Assembly (NCBI GenBank): GCA_965205505.1
Contig: CBDBHB010000009.1
Span: 512,001-576,000 of the forward strand
Length of the DNA stretch: 64,000 bases
Direction: 5' to 3'
DNA from: Acidobacteriota bacterium
Lineage (GTDB): Bacteria; Acidobacteriota; UBA890; WLXD01
Shown: piece after piece, positions 8,657 to 18,518 of the stretch
Position numbering within the stretch: position 1 is the stretch's first letter
How the letters are laid out: the number at the start of each line of letters is the position of its first letter
Position numbers and translations under genes: made by a program
Notes under the pieces: generated by a model
Told to the model about the DNA's origin: nothing
The model's database searches: none
What the model saw: only the letters and a program-made list of their open reading frames with translations

Positions 8657-11324
8657 CTACTCGCCGCGTAATGACACCGCCGGGTCGATTGAGGCCGCGC
8701 GTCGCGCCGGGAGCGCCGAGGCCACAACAGCGGCGACCAAGAGACAGGACACGACGGCGAGGTAGGTTTTGGGCTCCGTCGGACTCACGCCGAACAGTAG
8801 TGCCGCGATCCAGCGCGACGCGACGACGGCGAGCAACAGGCCAATCACCAGCCCGCCCCCGACCATCCAGCTGCTCTGGCCTACCACCATGCGCACCACA
8901 TCGCTGCTGCTTGCCCCGAGCGCCATCCGCACGCCGACTTCGTGCTGTCGCTGCGACACTAGGTAGCTGAGGACCCCGTACACTCCGAGAGCTGCCAGAA
9001 ACAGCGCAATGAGCGAGAAGATCCCCAGGATCATCGACGCGAAGCGCTCACGCGCCACCGAGTTCGCCAGCGTCGACGTCATCGTGTCGATGTTGTAGAC
9101 GGCGAGCTCTCTGTCGAGCGACCAGATACGCGAGCGCACCGACGCAACTGCATCGAGCGGGTCGCCGTTGGTGCGCACCATCAGAGTGACCACTCCGACC
9201 GCCGGTGCTTGTAGCAGGTTCACATACATCGCCGGAGGCGCGTCGCGATCCAGTCCCAGCGTTCTTTCGTTCTCGATCACGCCGAGGACGCGGCGTGGTA
9301 TCCCGGCCCACGGCAGCTCGAGCTGGTGCTCGAGTGGCTCGAGTCCGTCGAAGTAGCGCTCTCGGGCGGCGCGGTTGATGACCACCACGGGCTCGCTTTG
9401 CGCGTCGTCGGTCGCATCCATCAGTCGACCGTGGAGAAGCGTTGCACCGACCGTGTCGAAGTAGGTCGGGGTCACGAGGCGTAGGGTGATCTCGCCTTGC
9501 CCTACGTCGTAGGGGATGCCGACGATCCCGAAGCTGTTGGTGAAGCCAGCCTGGAGTGGGTGATTCGAGGCCAGCGCGGCCGCACGCACGCCCGGCAGAG
9601 CCTGTACGCGCGCCAACAGAGCATCGTAGAAGTTGAGTCGTTCGGGCCAGCTGGGCCAATTCCGGAAGTCGCGCGGATAGCGGGAGTCGGGAAGCTGGAG
9701 ATCGGCTCGGAGCACGTTTGCGGCACGAAACCCAGGGTCGACTCCTTGGAGGTTCCACAACGTTCCGACGAGCAACGCGGCAGCGACCAGCAACACCACC
9801 GCCAGAGCGGTCTGCCCCGCTACCAGGCAGCGACGCATGAACAGCTTCAACACGGCCGCCGCTTCGGCCTGTGAACGCCCCGCCTTGAGGGCGTTCTGTA
9901 TGTCTACCCGGCGCGCTTGGAGGGTGGGTAGCAGCCCGCAACCGACGCCGATGAGCGCACTCGTCGCGGCTGCAAACAGCAACACTCGGGAGTCGATGCC
10001 GACTACTGCCTGGCCGAGCAACTGCGGCGGTGCCAACGCCAGGAGCGCGCCCAAGCCGACGGTCGATAGCATTCCGCCGGCCAACAGCGCCAAGCCCGTC
10101 AGCAGCAACCCCTCTGCCAGGAAGCGGCGTGCCAGACGCGCATCGCTGGCCCCGAGCGCCACGTAGACGGCGGTCTCCTGTGCTCGTGCTGCGCCCCGTG
10201 CCAGCAACAGGTTGGCGACGTTGGCGCAAGCGATCGCTAGCACGGTTGTCACAGCCGCAAACAGCAGCCACAACGTCGTCTCGGCACCGCCACGCCGATA
10301 GTCGGTCAGGGGCTCTACGAAGACGCCACGATTGGCGTTCTCCCGGTAGCTGGCCTCCAGATCTGCCGCAATCGACGCGAGCTCCTCAGAAGCGTTGGCG
10401 AACGACGATGCGGCGGCAAGTCGCCCGAGCACTCTCACGTCGTGTCGGGCGCGCGCCGAGTTGGTTGAGTCGGCGCTGCAACGGTATCCACAGGTCGTAG
10501 TCGAGGTCGGGAAAGTCGAAACCGGGTGGAAGGACGCCGATGACCGTATGACTTCGATCGTTGAGCTCGATTAACGTGCCGATCACCTCCGGCGCCGCGG
10601 CGAACGCGTCCTGCCAAAAGGCGTGGGTGAAGAGCGCAACCGGCTCCCCGCCCGGGACGTCCTCGGCCGCCGTGATCGCTCGCCCGAGAGCAGGGGCTAC
10701 ACCGAGCACCCTCAAGAGATCTGCGCTCGCCGTTACTACCCTGAGCCGCCGTGGCTCGCCGCCGGCTCGCGTCAGGTTGAGGCTGCCAGTGGCGTACATC
10801 GCCATGCCGTCGAAGGCCTGGCTACGCTCGCGGAAGTCGAAGAAATCCAGTACCGACGCCGGCTCGCGGACAGTTCCGGTGGCGCGGTCGTTCTCCCAGA
10901 TCATTGCTAATCGGGCAGCGTCCTCGTAGGGAAGCGGGCGCAGCAGAACACCGTTGACGACACTGAAGATAGCGGTTGTCGTACCGATTCCGAGCGCCAG
11001 CGTGAGCACAATCACGGCGCTCAGGCCAGGCTGCCTGCTCAAGGATCGGCCTGCCATACGTACGTCATGCCAGAGATTGTCGATCACCATGCTCCATTCC
11101 TCGCGCTCGATTCGTTGCAGGCCCATCCGATGGCAGTCTTCACGCACCTGCGTCCGATCGCCGAACCTTTTCATCACCTCGTGCCGCGCCTTTTCTCCGG
11201 TCAGCCCGCGTCGTATGAGCTCCGCTACGCGCCCGTCGATGTGGAAGTCGAGCTCGTCGTCGATATCAGACCGAAGCACTTGACGTGGGAACAGACGGCG
11301 CCAGACATCGCGCCAATCACGCAT
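8657..11324 (-). pseudogene. ADOP-type duplicated permease split by a single frameshift near 10475 (real lesion or assembly error)
   Basis: ORFs 10386-11324 and 8657-10438 join as LWIPLQ|ADSTNSARARHDVRVLGRL if one base at ~10475 is removed; N-terminal DELDFH permease-prefix domain. Confidence 0.85.
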
Positions 11325-11327
11325 GCC

Positions 11328-11675
11328 TCAGACGCTCCATTCCGGAGCAACGTCGAGCACGGCCGCGACCGCGTTGGCGTGGCGTAGCCAGCGGCGCGTA
11401 TCGCGGCGCAGCCGCTCGTGACCCGTTTTGGTGAGCTCATAGAGCTTGGCTCGTCTTTGCGTATCCGACATTCCCCACGAGCTGATCAACAAACCGTCGC
11501 GTTCCAACCGGTGCAGCGCCGGGTAAAGGGCCCCCTCCTCTATGCGCAGGGCATTGCCGGCAAGTTCTTCGATGCGACGGCTGACCCCCAGTCCGTGCGA
11601 CGGGCCGTGGGTCAGCGCCTGAAGGATGAGTAGGCTCAGGGAGCCGTAAAGCGTTCCCGCGTCGACGTTGCCCAT
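11328..11675 (-). CDS. PadR family transcriptional regulator (acidobacterial type)
   Basis: GSLSLLILQAL, HG.GV, EEGALYPALHRLE, RRAKLYELT; AGGAG SD. Confidence 0.93.
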   Translation of the reverse strand: MGNVDAGTLYGSLSLLILQALTHGPSHGLGVSRRIEELAGNALRIEEGALYPALHRLERDGLLISSWGMSDTQRRAKLYELTKTGHERLRRDTRRWLRHANAVAAVLDVAPEWSV

Positions 11676-11717
11676 GGTCTCCTCCTGCGAACTCCGGCTG
11701 CCGCCAGCGTCCTTTTA

Positions 11718-11765
11718 CCTAATCTGTTTAGGAGATAGAAAAATAGCATACCTAAGCTGCTGAGG
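11718..11765. promoter_or_regulatory. Two CCTAA-N5-T(T/G)AGG palindromes, putative PadR operators
   Basis: CCTAATCTGTTTAGG at 11718-11732 and CCTAAGCTGCTGAGG at 11751-11765 in the AT-rich divergent promoter region. Confidence 0.6.
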
Positions 11766-11844
11766 ACAGATGCTGGCGCGAGCGATCCCGCGCGTACCCT
11801 GCTGCGGCGCGTCGCCCACACGACCAGCGACGTAGACTGATGAG

Positions 11845-12870
11845 ATGATCGGCGAATCAGTGTTGATTCCAGAACTGGAGGGCGTCGACGGGCTGGTGTT
11901 CGACTTGGAGGGGACCCTGTACGTGGGGGACCGTCCGGTCGCCGGCGCTGCCGCATCGATTGCCACGCTTCGCGCCCGCGGCATGCCGCTGCGCTTCCTT
12001 ACCAACACCACCACGTGCGCCCACGATGCGCTGACCGTCAAGCTCGAGGGCATGGGATTCGAGGTATCGGGCGACGAGGTGTTCTGTGCTCCCACCGTCG
12101 CCGGCCGTTTCCTGCTAGAGAACGACGCAAGCGCCTGGCTACTCGTGTCGCCGGCCGCGCTGCCGGACTTCGATGGCGTGCGCACCGACCCCGACAATCC
12201 CGACTACGTGGTGGTGGGCGATCTGGGCGATGATTGGACGTTTGCGCTGCTGAACCGCGCCTTCGTCCTGGTGCGTGAGCGTGGCGCAGGTCTCATCGGA
12301 TTGGTACGAAGCCGATACTGGCTGTCGGCAGATGGCGCGCGACTCGACGTGGGGCCCTTCGTCGTAGCGCTGGAGTACGCCACGGGGCGGGCCGCCACGA
12401 TCTTCGGCAAGCCGGAGCGCGCCATCTTCGAGACCGTGCTTCGCACGATGGGGCTACAGGCAGGATCGGTTGCCATGGTCGGCGACGATCCGATCACCGA
12501 CGTCGCCGCCGCGGCGGCAGTCGGGATGCGGACCGTGCTCGTACGTACCGGCAAGTATCGGGAAGGGGCCGAGGACCCGAGTGAGTCGGCTGGTGAGGCC
12601 ATTGGTAGTGCCGACGTAGTGGTCGACTCGGTGGCCGGCCTGCTAGCGTCAGCTCGTCTGCGGCGCCTTCAGAGCAGCCTTGCGGTTCCGGTAAAGCTGC
12701 TGGTCCACGACCGCAGCCATCGCCTCGGCGTCGAGCCCGTGCTCGAGGAATTCGTCGATCGCGCGAACGAATGTGGCTGGATCCTCGAGCGCGTCCTTGT
12801 AGTGCACCTCGATCATCTGGAAGTTGGGGCGATCGCGCACCAGGAACTGGACCTGCACCAGATGTCGTAG
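11845..12870 (+). CDS. HAD-IIA hydrolase (LHPP/HDHD2-like); family homology appears to end near 12645
   Basis: FDLEGTLY, FLTNTT, GKP, MVGDD, LVRTGKY; remaining ~75 codons overlap the opposite-strand sulfotransferase. Confidence 0.85.
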   Translation: MIGESVLIPELEGVDGLVFDLEGTLYVGDRPVAGAAASIATLRARGMPLRFLTNTTTCAHDALTVKLEGMGFEVSGDEVFCAPTVAGRFLLENDASAWLLVSPAALPDFDGVRTDPDNPDYVVVGDLGDDWTFALLNRAFVLVRERGAGLIGLVRSRYWLSADGARLDVGPFVVALEYATGRAATIFGKPERAIFETVLRTMGLQAGSVAMVGDDPITDVAAAAAVGMRTVLVRTGKYREGAEDPSESAGEAIGSADVVVDSVAGLLASARLRRLQSSLAVPVKLLVHDRSHRLGVEPVLEEFVDRANECGWILERVLVVHLDHLEVGAIAHQELDLHQMS

Positions 12871-13287
12871 GAAGAACTGTTTCGTTTGCAGATCGTCGAG
12901 CGGATTGTCCTCGGCGCGCCGCTCGAGCATCTTGTTCTGCGATGCGACGACCTCGTCGAGGTCGCGACGCATGAAGATCACCTTGTAGAAGTGCTCCGCC
13001 GGCAAGTCCTTGAGCAAGTGCGAGATGACCTTCAAGACCTTGCCGCGCGCCTCACCGACCCACGATTTATCGGTCTCGCTCTCGAGGTCCTTGACCCGCT
13101 CGTGCTCGTAGTAGCCCTTGGGATTGTCGACATCGGCGGCGCGCTCGTTGTCCGTGAGGATGGGCAGTCCGGCGGCATCGAGCATGCGCATCATCATCGA
13201 GGTGCCAGAACGCGGTAGCCCGGACACGATGATGACCTCGTTGCCGTACTTGCGACGGCGGAGAGCTCTCTTGATCGACGTCAGCAA
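12649..13287 (-). CDS. Sulfotransferase-family P-loop protein
   Basis: IVSGLPRSGTSMMM PAPS-binding loop, NPKGYYE, FMRR..EVVASQ. Confidence 0.85.
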   Translation of the reverse strand: MLTSIKRALRRRKYGNEVIIVSGLPRSGTSMMMRMLDAAGLPILTDNERAADVDNPKGYYEHERVKDLESETDKSWVGEARGKVLKVISHLLKDLPAEHFYKVIFMRRDLDEVVASQNKMLERRAEDNPLDDLQTKQFFLRHLVQVQFLVRDRPNFQMIEVHYKDALEDPATFVRAIDEFLEHGLDAEAMAAVVDQQLYRNRKAALKAPQTS

Positions 13288-13425
13288 GCGAATCTCTCAA
13301 CACACAGGAGTGAATAATCGGGTCATTGTAGCAAGGCGACCACTCCGGTCCTTGCGGCGCCCTCGCCCATCTTCGTGGTCGCGGCGAGCGTCAGGGACCG
13401 TGTCGTTACGTGTACACTGCGGCCC

Positions 13426-14610
13426 ATGAAATGGGCCTCGTTCTTGTCGGAGGAAGCCTGTCTCGACGTCGCCGTGCAGCAAGCGTCTGGCGAGATCGAT
13501 CGGGCTCTGGGGGGGCGCCAGCCCAACTTACTATTGCTGTTCGCCTCCGAACATCACGCCGATGACTATCCGGAGGTGCCTCAGGAAGTCCGGCGATATT
13601 TCCCGTCCGCACGCCTGTTGGGTTGTTCCGGCGGCGGAGTAGTGGGCGGTGGGCGCGAGATCGAGCACTCTCCCGCATTGTCGATGACCGCCGCCGTCCT
13701 TCCGGATGTGCGCATAGAGCCTTTTCACCTGGACTCTGACGAGAGCGACCAGTTGATCGAGGAGCCCCTGCGGTGGCATCGGTGTCTCGACGTTGACGTG
13801 TCTCGGCCGGCGCACTTCGTGCTGCTGGCCGACCCCTTCAGCTGTGATGTGCGCGGGCTACTGGCATCGCTCGACTCGGTGTATCCGGAGAGTCGCAAGG
13901 TGGGTGGGCTTGCCAGCGGCGCGAGCCGTCCCGGCGACAACGCACTGTTCATCGATGACGGCGTGCGGACCGAGGGAGTTGCCGGCCTGTTGCTCAACGG
14001 CGACATCGCTATGGACACGATAGTTGCGCAGGGCTGCCGACCGATCGGTCCGCTGCTGTTCATCACCAGCGCCGTACGTAATCGGATTCTCGAGCTTGAT
14101 GGAAGACGTCCGACAGAGCTGCTCGGTGAGCTCTACGACGAGCTGCCGGTAGCAGACCGGAAGCTCTTTCGCCACTCATTGTTCATCGGCGTAGTGATGA
14201 CGGAGGGGCGCGACGTCTATTCCCGCGGTGATTTCCTGGTGCGCAATCTCGTGGGGGTGGAGCCCGAGACTGGCGTCATTACAGTGGGCGAGCTCGTGAA
14301 GCCGGGGCAGGTGGTGCAGTTTCACCTGCGTGATGCCGACACATCGGCAGAGGATCTCGATGCTTTGCTGCGTGAATACAAGACCAGCAATGGTGCGACG
14401 CCCGACGGAGCGCTGCTGTTCTCTTGCCTGGGTCGCGGCGAGACACTCTATGGGGAGCCTGATCACGACAGCCGCATGATCAATACTCGTTTGGGTGAGA
14501 TGCCTATCGGTGGTTTCTTCTGCAGTGGCGAGATCGGCCCGGTTGACCGCCGCACGTTCGTACATGGTTACACCAGCTCGATCGCTCTGTTCCGGCAGCA
14601 GGAGCGCTGA
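13426..14610 (+). CDS. FIST N/C-domain signal transduction protein
   Basis: LLGCSGGG, LLADPF, GGLASG, QGCRPIG, QFHLRDA, FSCLGRG, GFFCSGEIGP. Confidence 0.92.
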   Translation: MKWASFLSEEACLDVAVQQASGEIDRALGGRQPNLLLLFASEHHADDYPEVPQEVRRYFPSARLLGCSGGGVVGGGREIEHSPALSMTAAVLPDVRIEPFHLDSDESDQLIEEPLRWHRCLDVDVSRPAHFVLLADPFSCDVRGLLASLDSVYPESRKVGGLASGASRPGDNALFIDDGVRTEGVAGLLLNGDIAMDTIVAQGCRPIGPLLFITSAVRNRILELDGRRPTELLGELYDELPVADRKLFRHSLFIGVVMTEGRDVYSRGDFLVRNLVGVEPETGVITVGELVKPGQVVQFHLRDADTSAEDLDALLREYKTSNGATPDGALLFSCLGRGETLYGEPDHDSRMINTRLGEMPIGGFFCSGEIGPVDRRTFVHGYTSSIALFRQQER

Positions 14611-14613
14611 GAC

Positions 14614-15390
14614 GTGGGCCCGTCGGCGATCGGGACGCTGGTGGCGGCGTTGTGCTGCGGCGCCAGCGCGATACAGGCGACGCTGTCCATCGAGTACATC
14701 GCTCACGCCAGCTTCTTGATCGAGTCACCGGGCGGCGCCCGCGTCCTGGTGGATCCGTTCGCCAGCCGTGTGTGGATCGGCTACGATTTTCCTGAGGGTC
14801 TGCATCCCGACGCGGTCGTGATCACCCATCCGCACTATGACCACGACGCCGGGCGGTTCCGTGGATCGCCGTTCCCGTGGCCTGAGGCGCGCGTCTTCGA
14901 CGCGCCCGGCGAGTTCTTGGTCGACGACGTCCGTCTGATCGGGCTGCGCGGAAAGCACGCTGATCCGTACGGCGAGGAGTTCGGCCAGCGCAACACGATC
15001 TGGGTGATCGAGACGGCCGGGCTCCGAATCGCACACATCGGCGACAACGGCCCACTGACGCGCGACAACGTTCGCGATCTCGGCGCCATCGACATTCTCA
15101 TGTTGCCGATCGATGCCCAGTACCACATCCTGGCGCGCGAGGAGGCCGCCGCGATCGTCACGGAGGTGCAACCACGGCATCTGGTACCGATGCACTATCG
15201 GCTGCCGGAGCTGGAGCCGGATCCCGACTCGCCCGATGACCTCGGCACCATCGAGCCCTGGCTGCAGAGCCGCGCCGGAGTTGTGCGGCTCGGTTCTCAC
15301 CGGTGGCAGGTGGGGCTCGATACGCTGCTCCCTGCCGGCAGCACAATCGTCTTCGAGCCTTCGCCGCTGATGGCACGGCCATCGCGCTAG
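14614..15390 (+). CDS. Secreted MBL-fold metallo-hydrolase
   Basis: HASFLI, THPHYDHD, HIGDNG, VPMHY; signal peptide. Confidence 0.88.
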   Translation: MGPSAIGTLVAALCCGASAIQATLSIEYIAHASFLIESPGGARVLVDPFASRVWIGYDFPEGLHPDAVVITHPHYDHDAGRFRGSPFPWPEARVFDAPGEFLVDDVRLIGLRGKHADPYGEEFGQRNTIWVIETAGLRIAHIGDNGPLTRDNVRDLGAIDILMLPIDAQYHILAREEAAAIVTEVQPRHLVPMHYRLPELEPDPDSPDDLGTIEPWLQSRAGVVRLGSHRWQVGLDTLLPAGSTIVFEPSPLMARPSR

Positions 15391-15423
15391 CTAGCAGGCC
15401 ATACTTCCACCACGGCCTGCTAG
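15391..15423. repeat. Family B palindromic repeat CTAGCAGGCC...GGCCTGCTAG
   Basis: 10-bp perfect terminal inverted repeats including CTAG, directly after a TAG stop. Confidence 0.7.
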
Positions 15424-15621
15424 TGTCCTGTAACAGAGGTTCGTTGCATATCGCTCCTGCCCTCCGGGTGGCCGCGGGACCGGCCACCTTGGGCGTCGCG
15501 GCGCCTCGACCTTGGGCGTCGCGGCGCCGATACACCCAGCATCGCCCTCGCCGCCGCTCCTACAATTCGCCCCGGTCGCGCGCGCCACAAACGTCACCGT
15601 ACTTATGATCAGGAGCACTAG
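15420..15621. mobile_element. MITE-like non-coding element bounded by CTAG
   Basis: 15588-15621 is the exact reverse complement of 42776-42809; 15446-15460 matches 42809-42823; internal 20-nt duplication at 15486 and 15509. Confidence 0.6.
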
Positions 15622-16348
15622 GGATCGGAGTCGAACGGCGCTCCCAGTGCTGTCGCGAACGCGCGGATGCGCGCCGCGTTCGCTCCCAGATCGCTTCGGC
15701 CCACGCGCGACGTCGAGCGTACGTCAACGACCGATCCCGACGAGGCCGGACGGACGCGCACGACGAAATCGTCCACGAAAGCGAAAACACCCGATACCGC
15801 ATAAGCCTCGATGCGGCCGTCGGCACGGTTGCTGAAGGCAATGGTTAGGCCGATCTCCTCCACTGCCCGGATGGCCGCCGCGTGAGCGGCACCGGGGTCG
15901 AGGTCGAGCTCGATGGGTCGCAAATCGGGATAAGCGCGTCGTTGCTCGACGATGACCTCGGCGCCGCCGTGCGGATAGGTCAAATCGCGGCTGGCGTTAT
16001 CGTCGTGGTCGAGGGCGACACGGTAAGCGGGCGCGTCGTCGGGTGACGTGGTGATGTCGTGAATCGGCGGCGCGTTCATCTGCAGAATGGTGGCCAGCAG
16101 CGCAATGATCAGCGCCGTGCCGCCGAAGAGTCCGCGTTGGCCTGCCGCCGGCGAGCGCGAATCCCTCCGTGCTCTTCGCCAGGCGAGCAGGCCGAGGGCG
16201 ATGCTGAGCAGCCCCCTAGGGCCCAAGTGAGCACGAAGACTCCGACCCCGCTCAACGGCCTGGCGGCGCCGACATGGATCGCGGCAATTGCGCCCGCCAT
16301 GATACCGACGGTAACGATGGGGGAGTATGCTGCACTCTGCGTCAACAT
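15618..16348 (-). CDS. DUF1499 domain membrane protein, frameshifted in a homopolymer at ~16212-16216
   Basis: PPIHDITT, QRRAYPDL, GRIEA, FVDDFVVRV, VDVRSTSRVGRSDLGANAARI; N-terminal helices lie in another frame starting at ATG 16348 with AGGAG SD. Confidence 0.8.
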
Positions 16349-16541
16349 TCTTTGCTCCTGCAGCGTCGGCAGACGCGCCGAGAATGCGTTTCAGAGTCTT
16401 GATCGGCTCGCTATCGAGCTCCTCGAGTCCGACCTCGACGAGACGTCCGCCGGCATTGCCGGCCCGCTGTCGACGTACGCAGAGTACAAGAGCCTCTGCC
16501 GCCGCGCCCCTGCCAGCTCGTTCGACTCCAGGTAGACTCTT

Positions 16542-17294
16542 GTGATGGCTGAAGACTGCGAAGAGCTCGTGGCGATCATTGCGGCGAGGGAGGACGAGCT
16601 CGTGCCGCTGCGCGAGCGTGTACTAGTTTCCGAGGAAATCAAGGACGGGCCCCGCTACTACGTACGAGGCACGTTGCGCGGCGTGCAGGTCGTACTCGCG
16701 GTGACCGGCGATGGCAAGCGTAACGCCGATCTCGGAATCCGACGGTTGATCCAGGTGTGCGCGCCGACGCGCGTCCTGGCGGTCGGGATGGGAGGTGCGC
16801 TATCGGCGGACCTTGCGGTTGGCGACCTGGTGGTTTCCAGCGAGGTGATGGAGGGAGAACGCACGCTGGCCTGTCCGGATCTGCAGTGGCTGGAGGAGGC
16901 GTCGCTTCATCTGGACTATGACCTCGGGCGGCTGGTTACCGTCGACGAGATACTGGCGACGCCATCCAGCAAGTCGGAGTGGTACGGAAGGACATGGCGC
17001 GATCAGCCCGCTGCCGCTGATATGGAGTCAGCCTGCTTCGCCAGGGTGGCCGTGGCCTACAAGCTTCCATACTTGATCGCGCGGGCTATCAGCGACGCCG
17101 CCAACGAGGTGCTGCCAGACTACCTTGAGGACTGCCGTGCGCAGGACGGCAGCATCGACAAGCGGCAGGTGTTTTGGAAGACAGTCTGGCGACCACGCTC
17201 GTGGGGCAGCATCGTACGCTTGCGCTCGCGCATGCGGCGGTGCGCTAGCACACTGGCCGATTTCGCCGAAGGGCTCGTTGCCGCATTGGCGTAG
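16542..17294 (+). CDS. Nucleoside phosphorylase family protein, HpnG-like (hopanoid-associated phosphorylase)
   Basis: TGDGK, GMGGAL, GDLVV, DMESA, RAISD, and a C-terminal DGSID...WRP...VRL extension as in HpnG-type proteins. Confidence 0.7.
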   Translation: MMAEDCEELVAIIAAREDELVPLRERVLVSEEIKDGPRYYVRGTLRGVQVVLAVTGDGKRNADLGIRRLIQVCAPTRVLAVGMGGALSADLAVGDLVVSSEVMEGERTLACPDLQWLEEASLHLDYDLGRLVTVDEILATPSSKSEWYGRTWRDQPAAADMESACFARVAVAYKLPYLIARAISDAANEVLPDYLEDCRAQDGSIDKRQVFWKTVWRPRSWGSIVRLRSRMRRCASTLADFAEGLVAALA

Positions 17295-17471
17295 GTAGCT
17301 ACGTTCCCACCGTTCACGGTGCGCGTCGCCAGTATGCGGCATTGACATGCCCCGAGGTGTCAAGGACACTCGGAACCCTACGCCCTCAGTGCGCTGCGCT
17401 GGTCTTGAACGCCGCGCGCCCGCCTCTCGTGCGTCGCTATTGCCGGCGCCGATGCCGCGTTGCGAGTACGC

Positions 17472-18518
17472 ATGAGCAGTACCGATTCACCGGCCGCCAA
17501 GCCACCGGCGGCGCGCGACCGCAAGGCCGAGCACATCCAACTGGCGCTCGAAGAGCGAATGCAACACGGCAGTCGCGGCTTCGATGCCTGGCAGCTCGAG
17601 CATTGCGCGCTTCCCGAGCTCGACCTGGCCGAGGTCGACCTCAGCACCGAATTCCTCGGCAAGCAGCTGATGGCGCCGCTGCTTATCTCCTGCATGACCG
17701 GTGGCACCGCTGACGCGGCCGGGATCAACCGCAACCTGGCAGTCGGGGCCGAGCGTGCGGGTGTTGCGGTTGGCGTGGGGTCGCAGCGCAAGGCGCTGGA
17801 GGATCCTACGCTCCAAGCTACCTTCCAGGTTCGCGAGCACGCCCCCACGGTACCCCTGTTGGCCAATCTGGGTGCGGTGCAACTGAACTGCGGGTACGGC
17901 GTCGCCGAGTGTCGGGCGGCCGTTCGTATGATCGATGCGGACGCTCTCGTGTTGCACCTGAACCCTCTGCAGGAGGCAATTCAGCCCGAGGGCGATGTCA
18001 ACTTCGCCAACCTGTTGCCCAAGATCGAAGCGATTGTTCATCAACTCGAGGTGCCGGTCATCGTCAAGGAGATCGGCATGGGCATATCGCTGTCGGTGGC
18101 CGAGCGGCTCGCCGAAGCCGGCGTCCGTATCATCGACACGGCGGGACATGGGGGCACCAACTGGGCCCGTATCGAAGCACAGCGTGCCGACGATCTCGAG
18201 CTCGGCGCGATGTTCGCCGACTGGGGAATTCCAACGCCCGACAGCATCCGCGCCGTCGCCAGCGTGCCGGGAGTCACCGTTATTGGCAGCGGCGGGGTCC
18301 GTACTGGAATCGACGTGGCCAAGGCGGTAGCGCTCGGCGCTGACATGGTCGGCCTGGCGTATCCGTTCCTCAAAGCGGCCCTGGAGTCGGCCGATGCGGT
18401 GGTGGCGCGGATCGACCGTACTCTGACCGAGCTCAGGGTGTCGATGTTCTGCGCCGGCATCCGTACAATGGCCGATCTGCGTGCGGCGAATCTGACCGAC
18501 CGAGCGCCCCGCCGATGA
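17472..18518 (+). CDS. fni: Type 2 isopentenyl-diphosphate delta-isomerase
   Basis: RKAEHI, SCMTGG, GSQR, ANLGAVQL, HLNPLQE, VIVKEIGMG, GGTNW, SGGVR. Confidence 0.96.
   Translation: MSSTDSPAAKPPAARDRKAEHIQLALEERMQHGSRGFDAWQLEHCALPELDLAEVDLSTEFLGKQLMAPLLISCMTGGTADAAGINRNLAVGAERAGVAVGVGSQRKALEDPTLQATFQVREHAPTVPLLANLGAVQLNCGYGVAECRAAVRMIDADALVLHLNPLQEAIQPEGDVNFANLLPKIEAIVHQLEVPVIVKEIGMGISLSVAERLAEAGVRIIDTAGHGGTNWARIEAQRADDLELGAMFADWGIPTPDSIRAVASVPGVTVIGSGGVRTGIDVAKAVALGADMVGLAYPFLKAALESADAVVARIDRTLTELRVSMFCAGIRTMADLRAANLTDRAPRR

Noticed and set aside
16370-16535. Coding-like stretch (AFQSLDRLAIELLESDLDET...)
   Set aside because: No start/RBS or recognisable family; possibly a fragment but not supportable
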